Positions 56,793 through 64,000 of a stretch of 64,000 bases of DNA are shown piece after piece. Within the stretch, counting starts at the first letter, position 1. Each line of letters starts with the position of its first letter. The position numbers and the translations under genes were made by a program. The DNA is from an uncultured Verrucomicrobia subdivision 3 bacterium. Lineage in GTDB: Bacteria; Verrucomicrobiota; Verrucomicrobiia; Limisphaerales; UBA11358. The stretch is from NCBI GenBank assembly GCA_903878805.1, contig CAIRJF010000028.1:81490-145489 (forward strand). Reading direction: 5' to 3'. The notes under the pieces were generated by a model, which did not search any database, had not been told where the DNA came from, and saw only the letters and a program-made list of their open reading frames with translations.

Positions 56793-57674
56793 ATGCAAGA
56801 CCTGATTACCAAAGCCGCTACGTTGCTCGAAGCACTGCCCTACATCCAGAAATTCAGCGGCGAAACCTTCGTCGTGAAATACGGCGGCAGTTTCATGGAC
56901 TCGCCCGACGCCAGCATCCGCAACGGCGTCGCGCGCGACATCGTTTTTCTCGAAGCGGTGGAAATCAATCCCGTCGTCGTCCACGGCGGCGGCAAGGCCA
57001 TCACCCGCGCAATGGAAAAAGCCGGGCTGAAGGCGAATTTCATCCAAGGCCAGCGTGTCACCGACGAAGCCACAGTGAAAATTGTGGACGACGTTTTGTC
57101 CCGCGAAATCAATCCTGAAGTCGTCGCCACGATCAATTCATTGGGCGGACAAGCCGTTGGTTTTTCCGGCGCGGACATTTTTAAATGCAAAAAAATGTTC
57201 CTCGACGACAAAGAAAATCCCGGCCAGAAAATTGACATCGGCTACGTCGGCGAAGTGATTGAGGTGAACGTCGCACCGCTCAAGGAATCCATCTGGTGCG
57301 GCCACACGCCGGTCATCAGCCCGACCGCGCGCGGCGAAGATGGGAAAATTTATAACTGCAACGCCGACGTCGCCGCTGCCATGTGCGCAATCGCGCTCAA
57401 CGCCAAGCGGCTCGTCTTCATGTCGGACGTGCCCGGCTTGATGCGCGATTTCAAAGACCCGTCCACGCTCATCACGCATCTGCAAATCAGCGAAGTGCCC
57501 GCGCTCAAAGCTGCGGGCATCGTGGACAAAGGCATGATTCCGAAAGTAGATAGCGCCGTTGCCGCCATCAAATCCGGCGTGGAAAAAGTTTCCTTCGTGG
57601 ACGGCCGGTTGCCGCATTCCGTGCTGCTGGAAATTTTCACCGACAAAGGCAACGGCACGGAAATCGTTTTGTGA
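56793..57674 (+). CDS. argB: Acetylglutamate kinase
   Basis: LPYIQKFSGETFVVKYGGS, VVVHGGG and NADVAA motifs. The internal ATG at 56793 is chosen because the longer ORF overlaps the divergent gene. Confidence 0.9.
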   Translation: MQDLITKAATLLEALPYIQKFSGETFVVKYGGSFMDSPDASIRNGVARDIVFLEAVEINPVVVHGGGKAITRAMEKAGLKANFIQGQRVTDEATVKIVDDVLSREINPEVVATINSLGGQAVGFSGADIFKCKKMFLDDKENPGQKIDIGYVGEVIEVNVAPLKESIWCGHTPVISPTARGEDGKIYNCNADVAAAMCAIALNAKRLVFMSDVPGLMRDFKDPSTLITHLQISEVPALKAAGIVDKGMIPKVDSAVAAIKSGVEKVSFVDGRLPHSVLLEIFTDKGNGTEIVL

Positions 57675-57710
57675 TTGTGTCCTGACGTGATTGCGATTTA
57701 ATCCGCACCG

Positions 57711-58994
57711 ATGAAAGAAATTGTTCCAGCGCCGCCAGCGATTGTGCGCAACGACTACGAAAGCATCCGCGAGCTGTTCACGAAAAATGTCGTGCCCAGC
57801 TACGGCCGTTTTGAACTCGTGTTGAGCCATGGTGCGGGCAGCTACGTGTTTGATGTCGGCGGCAAACGCTACCTCGATCTGGGCAGCGGCATCGCCGTGT
57901 GCTGTCTCGGCCACGCGCATCCGGCCATCACCGAAGCGCTTGTCGAGCAGTCCCAAAAACTCATTCACGTTTCCAATCTCTATTTCACTGAACCGCAGGG
58001 CCGACTTGCCGCTGAACTCGTCAAGCGTATCGGCGATGGCAAAGTGTTTTTCTGCAACAGCGGCGCGGAGGCTAACGAAGGTTTGTTTAAACTCACACGG
58101 AAATTCGGCCACGACGAAGGCCGGTTTGAAATTCTGACCGCGACAAATTCTTTTCACGGACGGACGCTCGCCGGCATTGCTGCAACTGGTCAAGACAAGG
58201 TCAAAAAAGGTTTTGAACCGATGACGCCGGGCTTCCGGCATATTCCATTCAACGACCTCGAAGCCGCGCGGAATGCGATTTCACCGGCGACGATTGCTAT
58301 AATGATTGAAGGTGTGCAGGGCGAAGGCGGCGTCACGCCGGCCACGCCGAAATATCTGCTCGGCCTGCGCGCGTTGTGCGACGAGAAGAAAATGCTTTTG
58401 CTCATGGACGGCGTCCAGTGCGGTCATTACCGGACGGGAAAATTCCAGAGCTTTCAGAAAATTCTCGAAGGTGTTCCGGGCGGCGAAAAGTTTCTGCCCG
58501 ACGGCCTTTCGATGGCAAAGTCGCTCGGCGGCGGCTTTCCCGTCGGCGCCTTCTGGGTGCGCGCACCGTATGCAGATTTGCTCAGCGCTGGCACGCACGG
58601 CACGACTTACGGCGGCACGCCGCTCGCCTGCGCCGTGGCGTTGGCAATTCTCGAGGTAATCGAAAAAGAAAATCTCGCCGAGCAAGCCCGGAAACTAGGT
58701 GCGTGGCTGAAATCAGAAATTGAACGGCTGGCGAAAACTTATCCGACGGTCGTGAAAACCGCGCGCGGCATGGGATTTATTCTCGGCATTGAACTCGCGG
58801 AAAAAATTCCCGCGTTCGCCGCCAGCGACAAGACGGAGGCGTTGCAATTCGTCAACCGTCTGCACGCGGCGGGCGTGCTGACCGTGCCGGCGGGAACTCA
58901 AATCGTCCGGTTGCTGCCGCCGCTGAATCTCAAGTCGCAGGAAGCTGGCGAGGGCATTCACATAATCGAGGAAGTTGTCCAATCGCTCGTGTGA
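57711..58994 (+). CDS. argD: Acetylornithine aminotransferase
   Basis: Class III aminotransferase motifs: FCNSGAEANE, MDGVQCG and LSMAKSLGGGFP (PLP lysine). Confidence 0.9.
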   Translation: MKEIVPAPPAIVRNDYESIRELFTKNVVPSYGRFELVLSHGAGSYVFDVGGKRYLDLGSGIAVCCLGHAHPAITEALVEQSQKLIHVSNLYFTEPQGRLAAELVKRIGDGKVFFCNSGAEANEGLFKLTRKFGHDEGRFEILTATNSFHGRTLAGIAATGQDKVKKGFEPMTPGFRHIPFNDLEAARNAISPATIAIMIEGVQGEGGVTPATPKYLLGLRALCDEKKMLLLMDGVQCGHYRTGKFQSFQKILEGVPGGEKFLPDGLSMAKSLGGGFPVGAFWVRAPYADLLSAGTHGTTYGGTPLACAVALAILEVIEKENLAEQARKLGAWLKSEIERLAKTYPTVVKTARGMGFILGIELAEKIPAFAASDKTEALQFVNRLHAAGVLTVPAGTQIVRLLPPLNLKSQEAGEGIHIIEEVVQSLV

Positions 58995-59623
58995 ACGTCG
59001 CCGCTCAGAAACATCTTGCCGCGGTTGATCCGGTGATGAAGAAACTCATCGCGGAAATTGGCGCGTGCAAGCTGGAGCATGAGCCGTGGCGTTCGCCGTT
59101 TCAATCGCTCGTGCAGGCGGTGGCACACCAGCAACTCAACGGCACAGCGGCGAACACGATTCTCACGCGGTTCGAAAAACTGTTTCCAAAACGCCGTTTT
59201 CCCAAGCCGGAAGATTTGGCAAATGTCACCGACGAACAAATCCGCGCCTGCGGATTTTCATTTTCCAAAATCGCCGCCATCCGCGATATCGCGGCAAAAA
59301 CTTTGGACGGGACGATTCCTTCATCGCAGCAGATTGAAAAGTTGACCGACGAGGAAATTATTCAACGGCTCACCAAGGCACGCGGCGTCGGGCGCTGGAC
59401 GGTGGAGATGCTGTTGATTTTCCAGCTTGGACGCACGGATGTTTTGCCGGTGGATGATTTTGGCGTGCGCAACGGCTTCCGCATCGCCTACAAAAAACGT
59501 GAAATGCCGAAGCCGAAAGCGCTGCTGGCATTTGGCAAAAAGTGGCGTCCGCACGCGACGACTGCAGCGTGGTATCTCTGGCGCGCGGCGGACGCGGCGA
59601 AGGATGCGAAGAAAAAGAAGTGA
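58991..59623 (+). CDS. HhH-GPD DNA glycosylase (AlkA / 3-methyladenine glycosylase II-like)
   Basis: FSFSKIAAIRDIA...LTKARGVGRWTVEMLLIFQLGRTDVLPVDD is the HhH-GPD motif with its catalytic Asp. GTGA overlap with the argD stop. Confidence 0.8.
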   Translation: MNVAAQKHLAAVDPVMKKLIAEIGACKLEHEPWRSPFQSLVQAVAHQQLNGTAANTILTRFEKLFPKRRFPKPEDLANVTDEQIRACGFSFSKIAAIRDIAAKTLDGTIPSSQQIEKLTDEEIIQRLTKARGVGRWTVEMLLIFQLGRTDVLPVDDFGVRNGFRIAYKKREMPKPKALLAFGKKWRPHATTAAWYLWRAADAAKDAKKKK

Positions 59624-59680
59624 CGCGGCGATTCCGTTCGGTTATAAAATTTTCTTTGGACGTAAATTCCCAAATCGGAA

Positions 59681-60610
59681 ATGAAACACTTATTGTCATT
59701 GGAAAAATTGCCGCTCGTGGATTTTGAAACGATTTTGCGCGACGCAAAAGTTTTCAAAAAGGAACGCGGCGCGCACAAAACGCAGCCGTTAAAAGGCCAG
59801 ACGTGGGCGATGATGTTCTCGAAATCGTCAACGCGGACGCGGGTTTCGTTTGAGGTAGGAATTTCCGAACTTGGCGGCAACGCGATGTTTCTCAACGCGA
59901 ACGATATTCAGCTCGGACGCGGCGAACCGATTCAGGACACGGCGCGCGTCATCGGGCGGATGGCACACGGCGCAGTCATCCGCACCTATGCACAGAGCGA
60001 TGTGGAGACGTTCGCGGAGTATTCAAAAATCCCGACAATCAACGCGTTGACGGACGACGAGCATCCGTGTCAGGTGCTGACGGATATTTTTACGTTTGAA
60101 GAAATGCGCGGTTCCATCGCGGGAAAAGTTGTGACATTCATTGGCGACGGCGCGTGTAACATGCCGGTGTCGTGGATTTTTGCGGCGGCTAAATTAGGTT
60201 TTGAGTTGCGAATTGCCGCGCCGAAAGAATTTCAACCGAGCGCGGAAATTTTGAAACGCGCCAGCCTTTGTGCTGATGCTTCGGCTCGGCAAGCGGGTGG
60301 AAAAATTATTGTCACGGAAGATTTGAAATCCGCCGCCAGCGGCGCGGACATGCTTTACACGGATGTCTGGGTTTCGATGGGCAAGGAAGCGGAAGCGGCG
60401 GAGCGAATCAGAATTTTCAACGGTTATCAAATCAACGCGCCGCTCGTGAATCTCGCGAAACCGGGCGCGCTGGTGATGCATTGTCTGCCGGCATATCGCG
60501 GCAAGGAGATTGATGCGGAAACGTTCGAGGCGAATGCGGACACGATTTTTACGCAGGCGGAAAATCGGCTCCATGTGCAGAAATCGATTTTGAACTGGGC
60601 AGTTTCTTAA
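59681..60610 (+). CDS. argF: Ornithine carbamoyltransferase
   Basis: FSKSSTRTRVSFE (STRTR), HPCQ, and HCLPAYRGKE motifs. Confidence 0.9.
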   Translation: MKHLLSLEKLPLVDFETILRDAKVFKKERGAHKTQPLKGQTWAMMFSKSSTRTRVSFEVGISELGGNAMFLNANDIQLGRGEPIQDTARVIGRMAHGAVIRTYAQSDVETFAEYSKIPTINALTDDEHPCQVLTDIFTFEEMRGSIAGKVVTFIGDGACNMPVSWIFAAAKLGFELRIAAPKEFQPSAEILKRASLCADASARQAGGKIIVTEDLKSAASGADMLYTDVWVSMGKEAEAAERIRIFNGYQINAPLVNLAKPGALVMHCLPAYRGKEIDAETFEANADTIFTQAENRLHVQKSILNWAVS

Positions 60611-60616
60611 ATCTGC

Positions 60617-60634
60617 CACAGAGGCATAGAGCGG
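60617..60634. repeat. Half-copy of the CACAGAGGC..AGAG repeat motif
   Basis: CACAGAGGCATAGAG here versus CACAGAGGCGCAGAG at 51106-51120. No inverted partner was seen nearby. Confidence 0.4.
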
Positions 60635-60637
60635 AAA

Positions 60638-61486
60638 TTATTCCTGCTCCAATTCCGGTTCGTCATCTTGCTGGCCGCGACGGCTGGGGCCGGTCGCGTA
60701 TTGGCGGAGATACTTCACGGCGACTTTCAAATCTTTCGGCCATTCGCTCACGATGGTGATTGGCTCGTTCGTGACGGGATGCGGCAAACTTAATTCCTCG
60801 GCGTGGAGCGCGGCGCGCGAAATCAGCGGGCGTTCTTCGCGACCCGGTTTTAGGCGAAAATCTCTTTTCAAACGCGAGAGCCAAAGTTTTTTGCCGCCGT
60901 AAAGTTCATCGGCAACCACAGGGAAACCAGCGTGTTTCAAGTGAACACGGATCTGGTGGGTGCGGTCGGTGAACGGCGCGGCGCGCAGCAGCGTCCAGTC
61001 GGAAAATTGTTCGAGCACTTCAAATTCCGTCCGCGATTTTTTACCTTCGAAGGAATTCACGCACATCTGGCCAGGCTTGACGGGATGCGGCGCAAGTTTA
61101 GCGTCGACTTCAAATTTGGCATCCAGCGGATGGCCCCACGCGAGCACGATGTATTTACGCAACGGTTTTTCCGCGCCAAAAAAATCGGCCAGCGTTATGA
61201 GCGCTGGCTTGTTTTTCGCTAACAAAATCACGCCGCTGGATTCGTAGTCGAGGCGGTGGGCATTGCTGAGGAAAGTGAGATTACGTTCACGCGCCCACGG
61301 TTTGCTGGCGGCGAGACCGTCGAGCAAGAGCTTCATCAGGCTCGGACGATTCTCGTCGTGCGCGTCGGGCAAAGTGAGCAGGCCAGCGGGCTTGTCGAGC
61401 GCGAGTAGATGTTCGTCCTCAAAAAGGACGGGGATTTCCCAAAATTCTTTCGTGGCGGGCGACGAGAGTTTGATGGTGGCGCTCAC
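60638..61486 (-). CDS. RluA-family pseudouridine synthase
   Basis: HRLDYESSGVILLAK catalytic motif. RTHQIRVH motif. GTG start. Confidence 0.85.
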   Translation of the reverse strand: MSATIKLSSPATKEFWEIPVLFEDEHLLALDKPAGLLTLPDAHDENRPSLMKLLLDGLAASKPWARERNLTFLSNAHRLDYESSGVILLAKNKPALITLADFFGAEKPLRKYIVLAWGHPLDAKFEVDAKLAPHPVKPGQMCVNSFEGKKSRTEFEVLEQFSDWTLLRAAPFTDRTHQIRVHLKHAGFPVVADELYGGKKLWLSRLKRDFRLKPGREERPLISRAALHAEELSLPHPVTNEPITIVSEWPKDLKVAVKYLRQYATGPSRRGQQDDEPELEQE

Positions 61487-61488
61487 GG

Positions 61489-63150
61489 CTATTTCGCCGC
61501 GCCCGCCGCCATTTTTTGATAGAACGGTGTGTCGCGCAGCTCGCGGTTGGCCTCGGCTTGCAGCCAGAGATTAAACGCTTCGTTCTGCCGCGCACGGCGG
61601 ACTTGTGAAAGGAATTGCGGCAACTCCTGGTTCTTTCTGGCTTCATCCACGGGCAGCATCTGCTGAACGAAGAGGACGAAGCCGCCGTCGCGGGTCGGCT
61701 GAAAACTGCTGATGTGGCCGGGCTGCGTGGTGAATGCGGCCTGCTTGAACTGGCCTACGGGCGCGCGTTCGCTGAAGCCGGGCAGCTCGCTGGTGCTCAA
61801 TGAAAATTCGGGCAATACCTGTGGCGCGAGGCCGGCCGCCACGGCGGCTTTGCCAAACGAACCGCCGGCCGCCAACTGCACCATCGCGGTAAAATAAAAA
61901 TTCGTCCCGGCGCGTTGGGCGAATTCCACGGCCTCGCTGTTTTGGAAATCCTGCGTCACGCGACTGCGGATTTCGGCGAGCGGTGGAATGGAACTGGGCA
62001 ACTGGTTCGCGAGCGCGATGACGTAGAGGCCATCCGCAGCGAGAATCGGGCCAGCGAAGGGCTGGTCGGCGCCGAGTTCAAATGCGGATTTCACGAACGC
62101 GGGCGACGCATCAAATTCCTGCGGTCCGAGTTTGGCCGAGAATGGCGCGGTGATGCCATACGGCAGATTTTTTTGCTTGGCGGCGGCAACGAGGTTGTCT
62201 CGGCTGGCCGGCTGCATCGCGAAAACGGAGTTGGCAAAATCATTGGCCACCGCGCGGGCGTCGCTGGTGGCGCGCTGGCGGATGAGGAGGTCGCGGATTT
62301 TGGCCTTGGCGTCGTCCGGCGTCTTGGCGTCGGGGAACTGGCTCTGGCCGTATTGCTGGTAAACGGCGTTGACGTATTCGGTAAAATTCGTCTTGGCCCA
62401 TTCCGCCTGCGCTTGCGCGAAGAAGTTGGTGACGTTGAAGAAAACGTAGCTGACCTGCACGCGGTCGGGCTGGCGATAGACGGCGAGGTTGTTCGTGTAA
62501 AACTGCGCGACGGCGTCCGGCGCGACGGAAACTTGCGCGAGATAATTCGTAGCGTCAAAAAACACTGCCTGCGCGGAAACTTCCTGATGTTCGCGGTCAT
62601 AAAGCTGACCGGCTTCCTGCGGCGTGACGAGCGCGCCGGACAGGCCGAGCGTCTGGATCATTTGCTGGACGACGAGTTCATCGCGCAGAAAATTTTGCAG
62701 GTCGGCCACGCCGAGACCTTCCGGCGTCAAAACCTGTTGGATGAATTTGTCCATCGCGACGGGCTGGCCATTGCGACCGAGGGAGCGCAGAAATTCGCTC
62801 GCGGCGGTGACCAGCGCGGGTTCACTGACTTGGATTCCAAGCTGCCGGGCTTTCTCCGTGATCAGTAGGCGCACATAGACTTCACGTTCCGCCTCGTCGC
62901 GGCTGAAGCTCGCGGACTTGTCCGGCCACTGGCCGTAGTGCATCCAGTAATAGATGTAAAATTCCGCCTGCGCTTTTTGAAAATCCTGCGCCGTGATTTG
63001 GCGGCCGTAAATGCGGCCGAAATCGCCGGCGTCGCGCGGGCCGCCGCCGTTGCGCGCCGGGCCGGAGCCCATGAAAACCACGAAGGAAACACAAACTATC
63101 GCCATGGATAGAGTCAGTATCCAACGATGTTTTCGAAATAAGTTAAACAT
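61489..63150 (-). CDS. PpiD/SurA-like periplasmic chaperone (membrane-anchored)
   Basis: N-terminal anchor MFNLFRKHRWILTLSMAIVCVSFVVF. SurA-N-like region. The long Ala/Gln-rich body is typical of PpiD-like proteins. Confidence 0.7.
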   Translation of the reverse strand: MFNLFRKHRWILTLSMAIVCVSFVVFMGSGPARNGGGPRDAGDFGRIYGRQITAQDFQKAQAEFYIYYWMHYGQWPDKSASFSRDEAEREVYVRLLITEKARQLGIQVSEPALVTAASEFLRSLGRNGQPVAMDKFIQQVLTPEGLGVADLQNFLRDELVVQQMIQTLGLSGALVTPQEAGQLYDREHQEVSAQAVFFDATNYLAQVSVAPDAVAQFYTNNLAVYRQPDRVQVSYVFFNVTNFFAQAQAEWAKTNFTEYVNAVYQQYGQSQFPDAKTPDDAKAKIRDLLIRQRATSDARAVANDFANSVFAMQPASRDNLVAAAKQKNLPYGITAPFSAKLGPQEFDASPAFVKSAFELGADQPFAGPILAADGLYVIALANQLPSSIPPLAEIRSRVTQDFQNSEAVEFAQRAGTNFYFTAMVQLAAGGSFGKAAVAAGLAPQVLPEFSLSTSELPGFSERAPVGQFKQAAFTTQPGHISSFQPTRDGGFVLFVQQMLPVDEARKNQELPQFLSQVRRARQNEAFNLWLQAEANRELRDTPFYQKMAAGAAK

Positions 63151-63222
63151 AAATTTGAGAACGCGAAGGCTAACTTGCTTGCAGGAACAAGGCAAACGCA
63201 AACTAAATCAATTGGTTCACAG

Positions 63223-63280
63223 TTCAGGGTTCAGGATTTGTTGTTCACGATGGTTGGCGCGCAAAAACGTGAACCCTGAA
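63223..63280 (-). terminator. Long hairpin downstream of hemB (possible bidirectional terminator)
   Basis: TTCAGGGTTCA (63223-33) pairs with TGAACCCTGAA (63270-80). TTTTTT follows on the + strand and a moderately T-rich tract on the minus strand. An alternative inner pairing is GTTCACG/CGTGAAC. Confidence 0.4.
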
Positions 63281-63285
63281 TTTTT

Positions 63286-64000
63286 TCAACGAAGCCACTT
63301 CGCCACATCCATCGCGGCGTAAGTAATTAAAATGTCCGCGCCCGCGCGGCGCATCGCCAGCAGACTTTCGAGCGTGACCGCGCGCTCATCAATCCAGCCA
63401 TTCGCCGCCGCGGCCTTGATCATCGCGTGTTCGCCGCTCACGGCATAAACCGCCGTGGGCAGACCAAATTCCCGTTTCACGCGATGCACGATGTCGAGAT
63501 ACGCGATGCCCGGCTTGACCATCACCATGTCCGCGCCTTCCTGCACGTCCAGCGCCACTTCGCGCAACGCCTCGTTGCCGTTCGCCGCGTCCATTTGATA
63601 ACTGCGGCGGTCGCCAAAGCTCGGTGCGGATTCGGCGACTTCGCGGAACGGGCCGTAAAACGCCGACGCAAATTTCGCCGCGTAACTCATGATCGGTGTG
63701 TCAAAAAATCCTTCGTTATCCAGCTCCGCGCGAATGGCGCGCACACGACCATCCATCATGTCGCTCGGCGCCACGATGTCCGCGCCCGCCTCTGCGTGAC
63801 TCGCCGCCGTGCGCGCGAGTAATTTCAAAGTCGGGTCGTTTAGGATTTTTCCGCCGTGCACGATGCCGCAATGACCGTGGCTCATGTATTCGCACAGGCA
63901 CACATCCGTGATGACCAGCAGCGACGGCAATTCCTTTTTCAACAGCCGCACGGTTTGCTGGACAATGCCGTTTTTTGCGTAAGCGCCGCTCGCCTTCGCA
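63286..64000 (-). CDS. hemB: Porphobilinogen synthase (delta-aminolevulinate dehydratase), 5'-truncated by the window edge
   Basis: [14 protein letters not shown] zinc-Cys motif. [10 protein letters not shown], and VMVKPG (active-site Lys). The ORF stays open to position 64000. Confidence 0.9.
   Translation of the reverse strand, partial: AKASGAYAKNGIVQQTVRLLKKELPSLLVITDVCLCEYMSHGHCGIVHGGKILNDPTLKLLARTAASHAEAGADIVAPSDMMDGRVRAIRAELDNEGFFDTPIMSYAAKFASAFYGPFREVAESAPSFGDRRSYQMDAANGNEALREVALDVQEGADMVMVKPGIAYLDIVHRVKREFGLPTAVYAVSGEHAMIKAAAANGWIDERAVTLESLLAMRRAGADILITYAAMDVAKWLR

Overview
Gene-dense bacterial chromosomal window, roughly 55-60% GC from hand counts of sample lines. It most resembles a PVC-superphylum (Verrucomicrobiota/Planctomycetota-like) genome: a giant autotransporter-repeat surface protein, a prepilin-type H-X9-DG protein, many Sec/Tat-exported Gfo/Idh/MocA oxidoreductases, and ThuA/DUF1080 domains. 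Layout: (i) 209-28248, all on the + strand. An adhesin-like giant protein and a pseudopilin-like protein are followed by a ~23-kb tightly packed 17-gene amino-sugar/glycan catabolic super-operon. It holds nagB, nagA, MFS and SSS transporters, GH84, GH20, a GH42-like protein, three Gfo/Idh/MocA-type oxidoreductases, two DegT aminotransferases, two neutral-ceramidase-like amidohydrolases and several uncharacterised proteins. (ii) 28249-31341, an accessory islet. It holds a 446-nt apparently non-coding gap with nested inverted repeats, a tyrosine integrase, tRNA-Ser(CGA), and a small ORF plus a low-GC HNH nuclease. A 14-nt direct repeat that duplicates the 5' end of the downstream Ldh_2 gene brackets the last two. 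(iii) 32605-38107, an L-fucose/L-galactose-type sugar-nucleotide salvage cluster with a GH29 fucosidase. (iv) 38109-64000, housekeeping genes (uvrB, trmB, kdgK-like, nadB, panC, tgt, argB-argD-argF, hemB). These are interrupted by two more single-gene low-GC orphan insertions (41110-41898, 47887-48489), a periplasmic oxidoreductase/ThuA-DUF1080 locus and REP-like palindromes. No rRNA, CRISPR array or transposase was seen. The strongest novelty candidates are the compartment-duplicated ceramidase-like + DegT aminotransferase pairs (one pair exported, with a Tat-signal PLP enzyme) and the integrase/tRNA/HNH islet with its unusual repeat architecture. All functional calls rest on by-eye motif recognition; no database search was possible.
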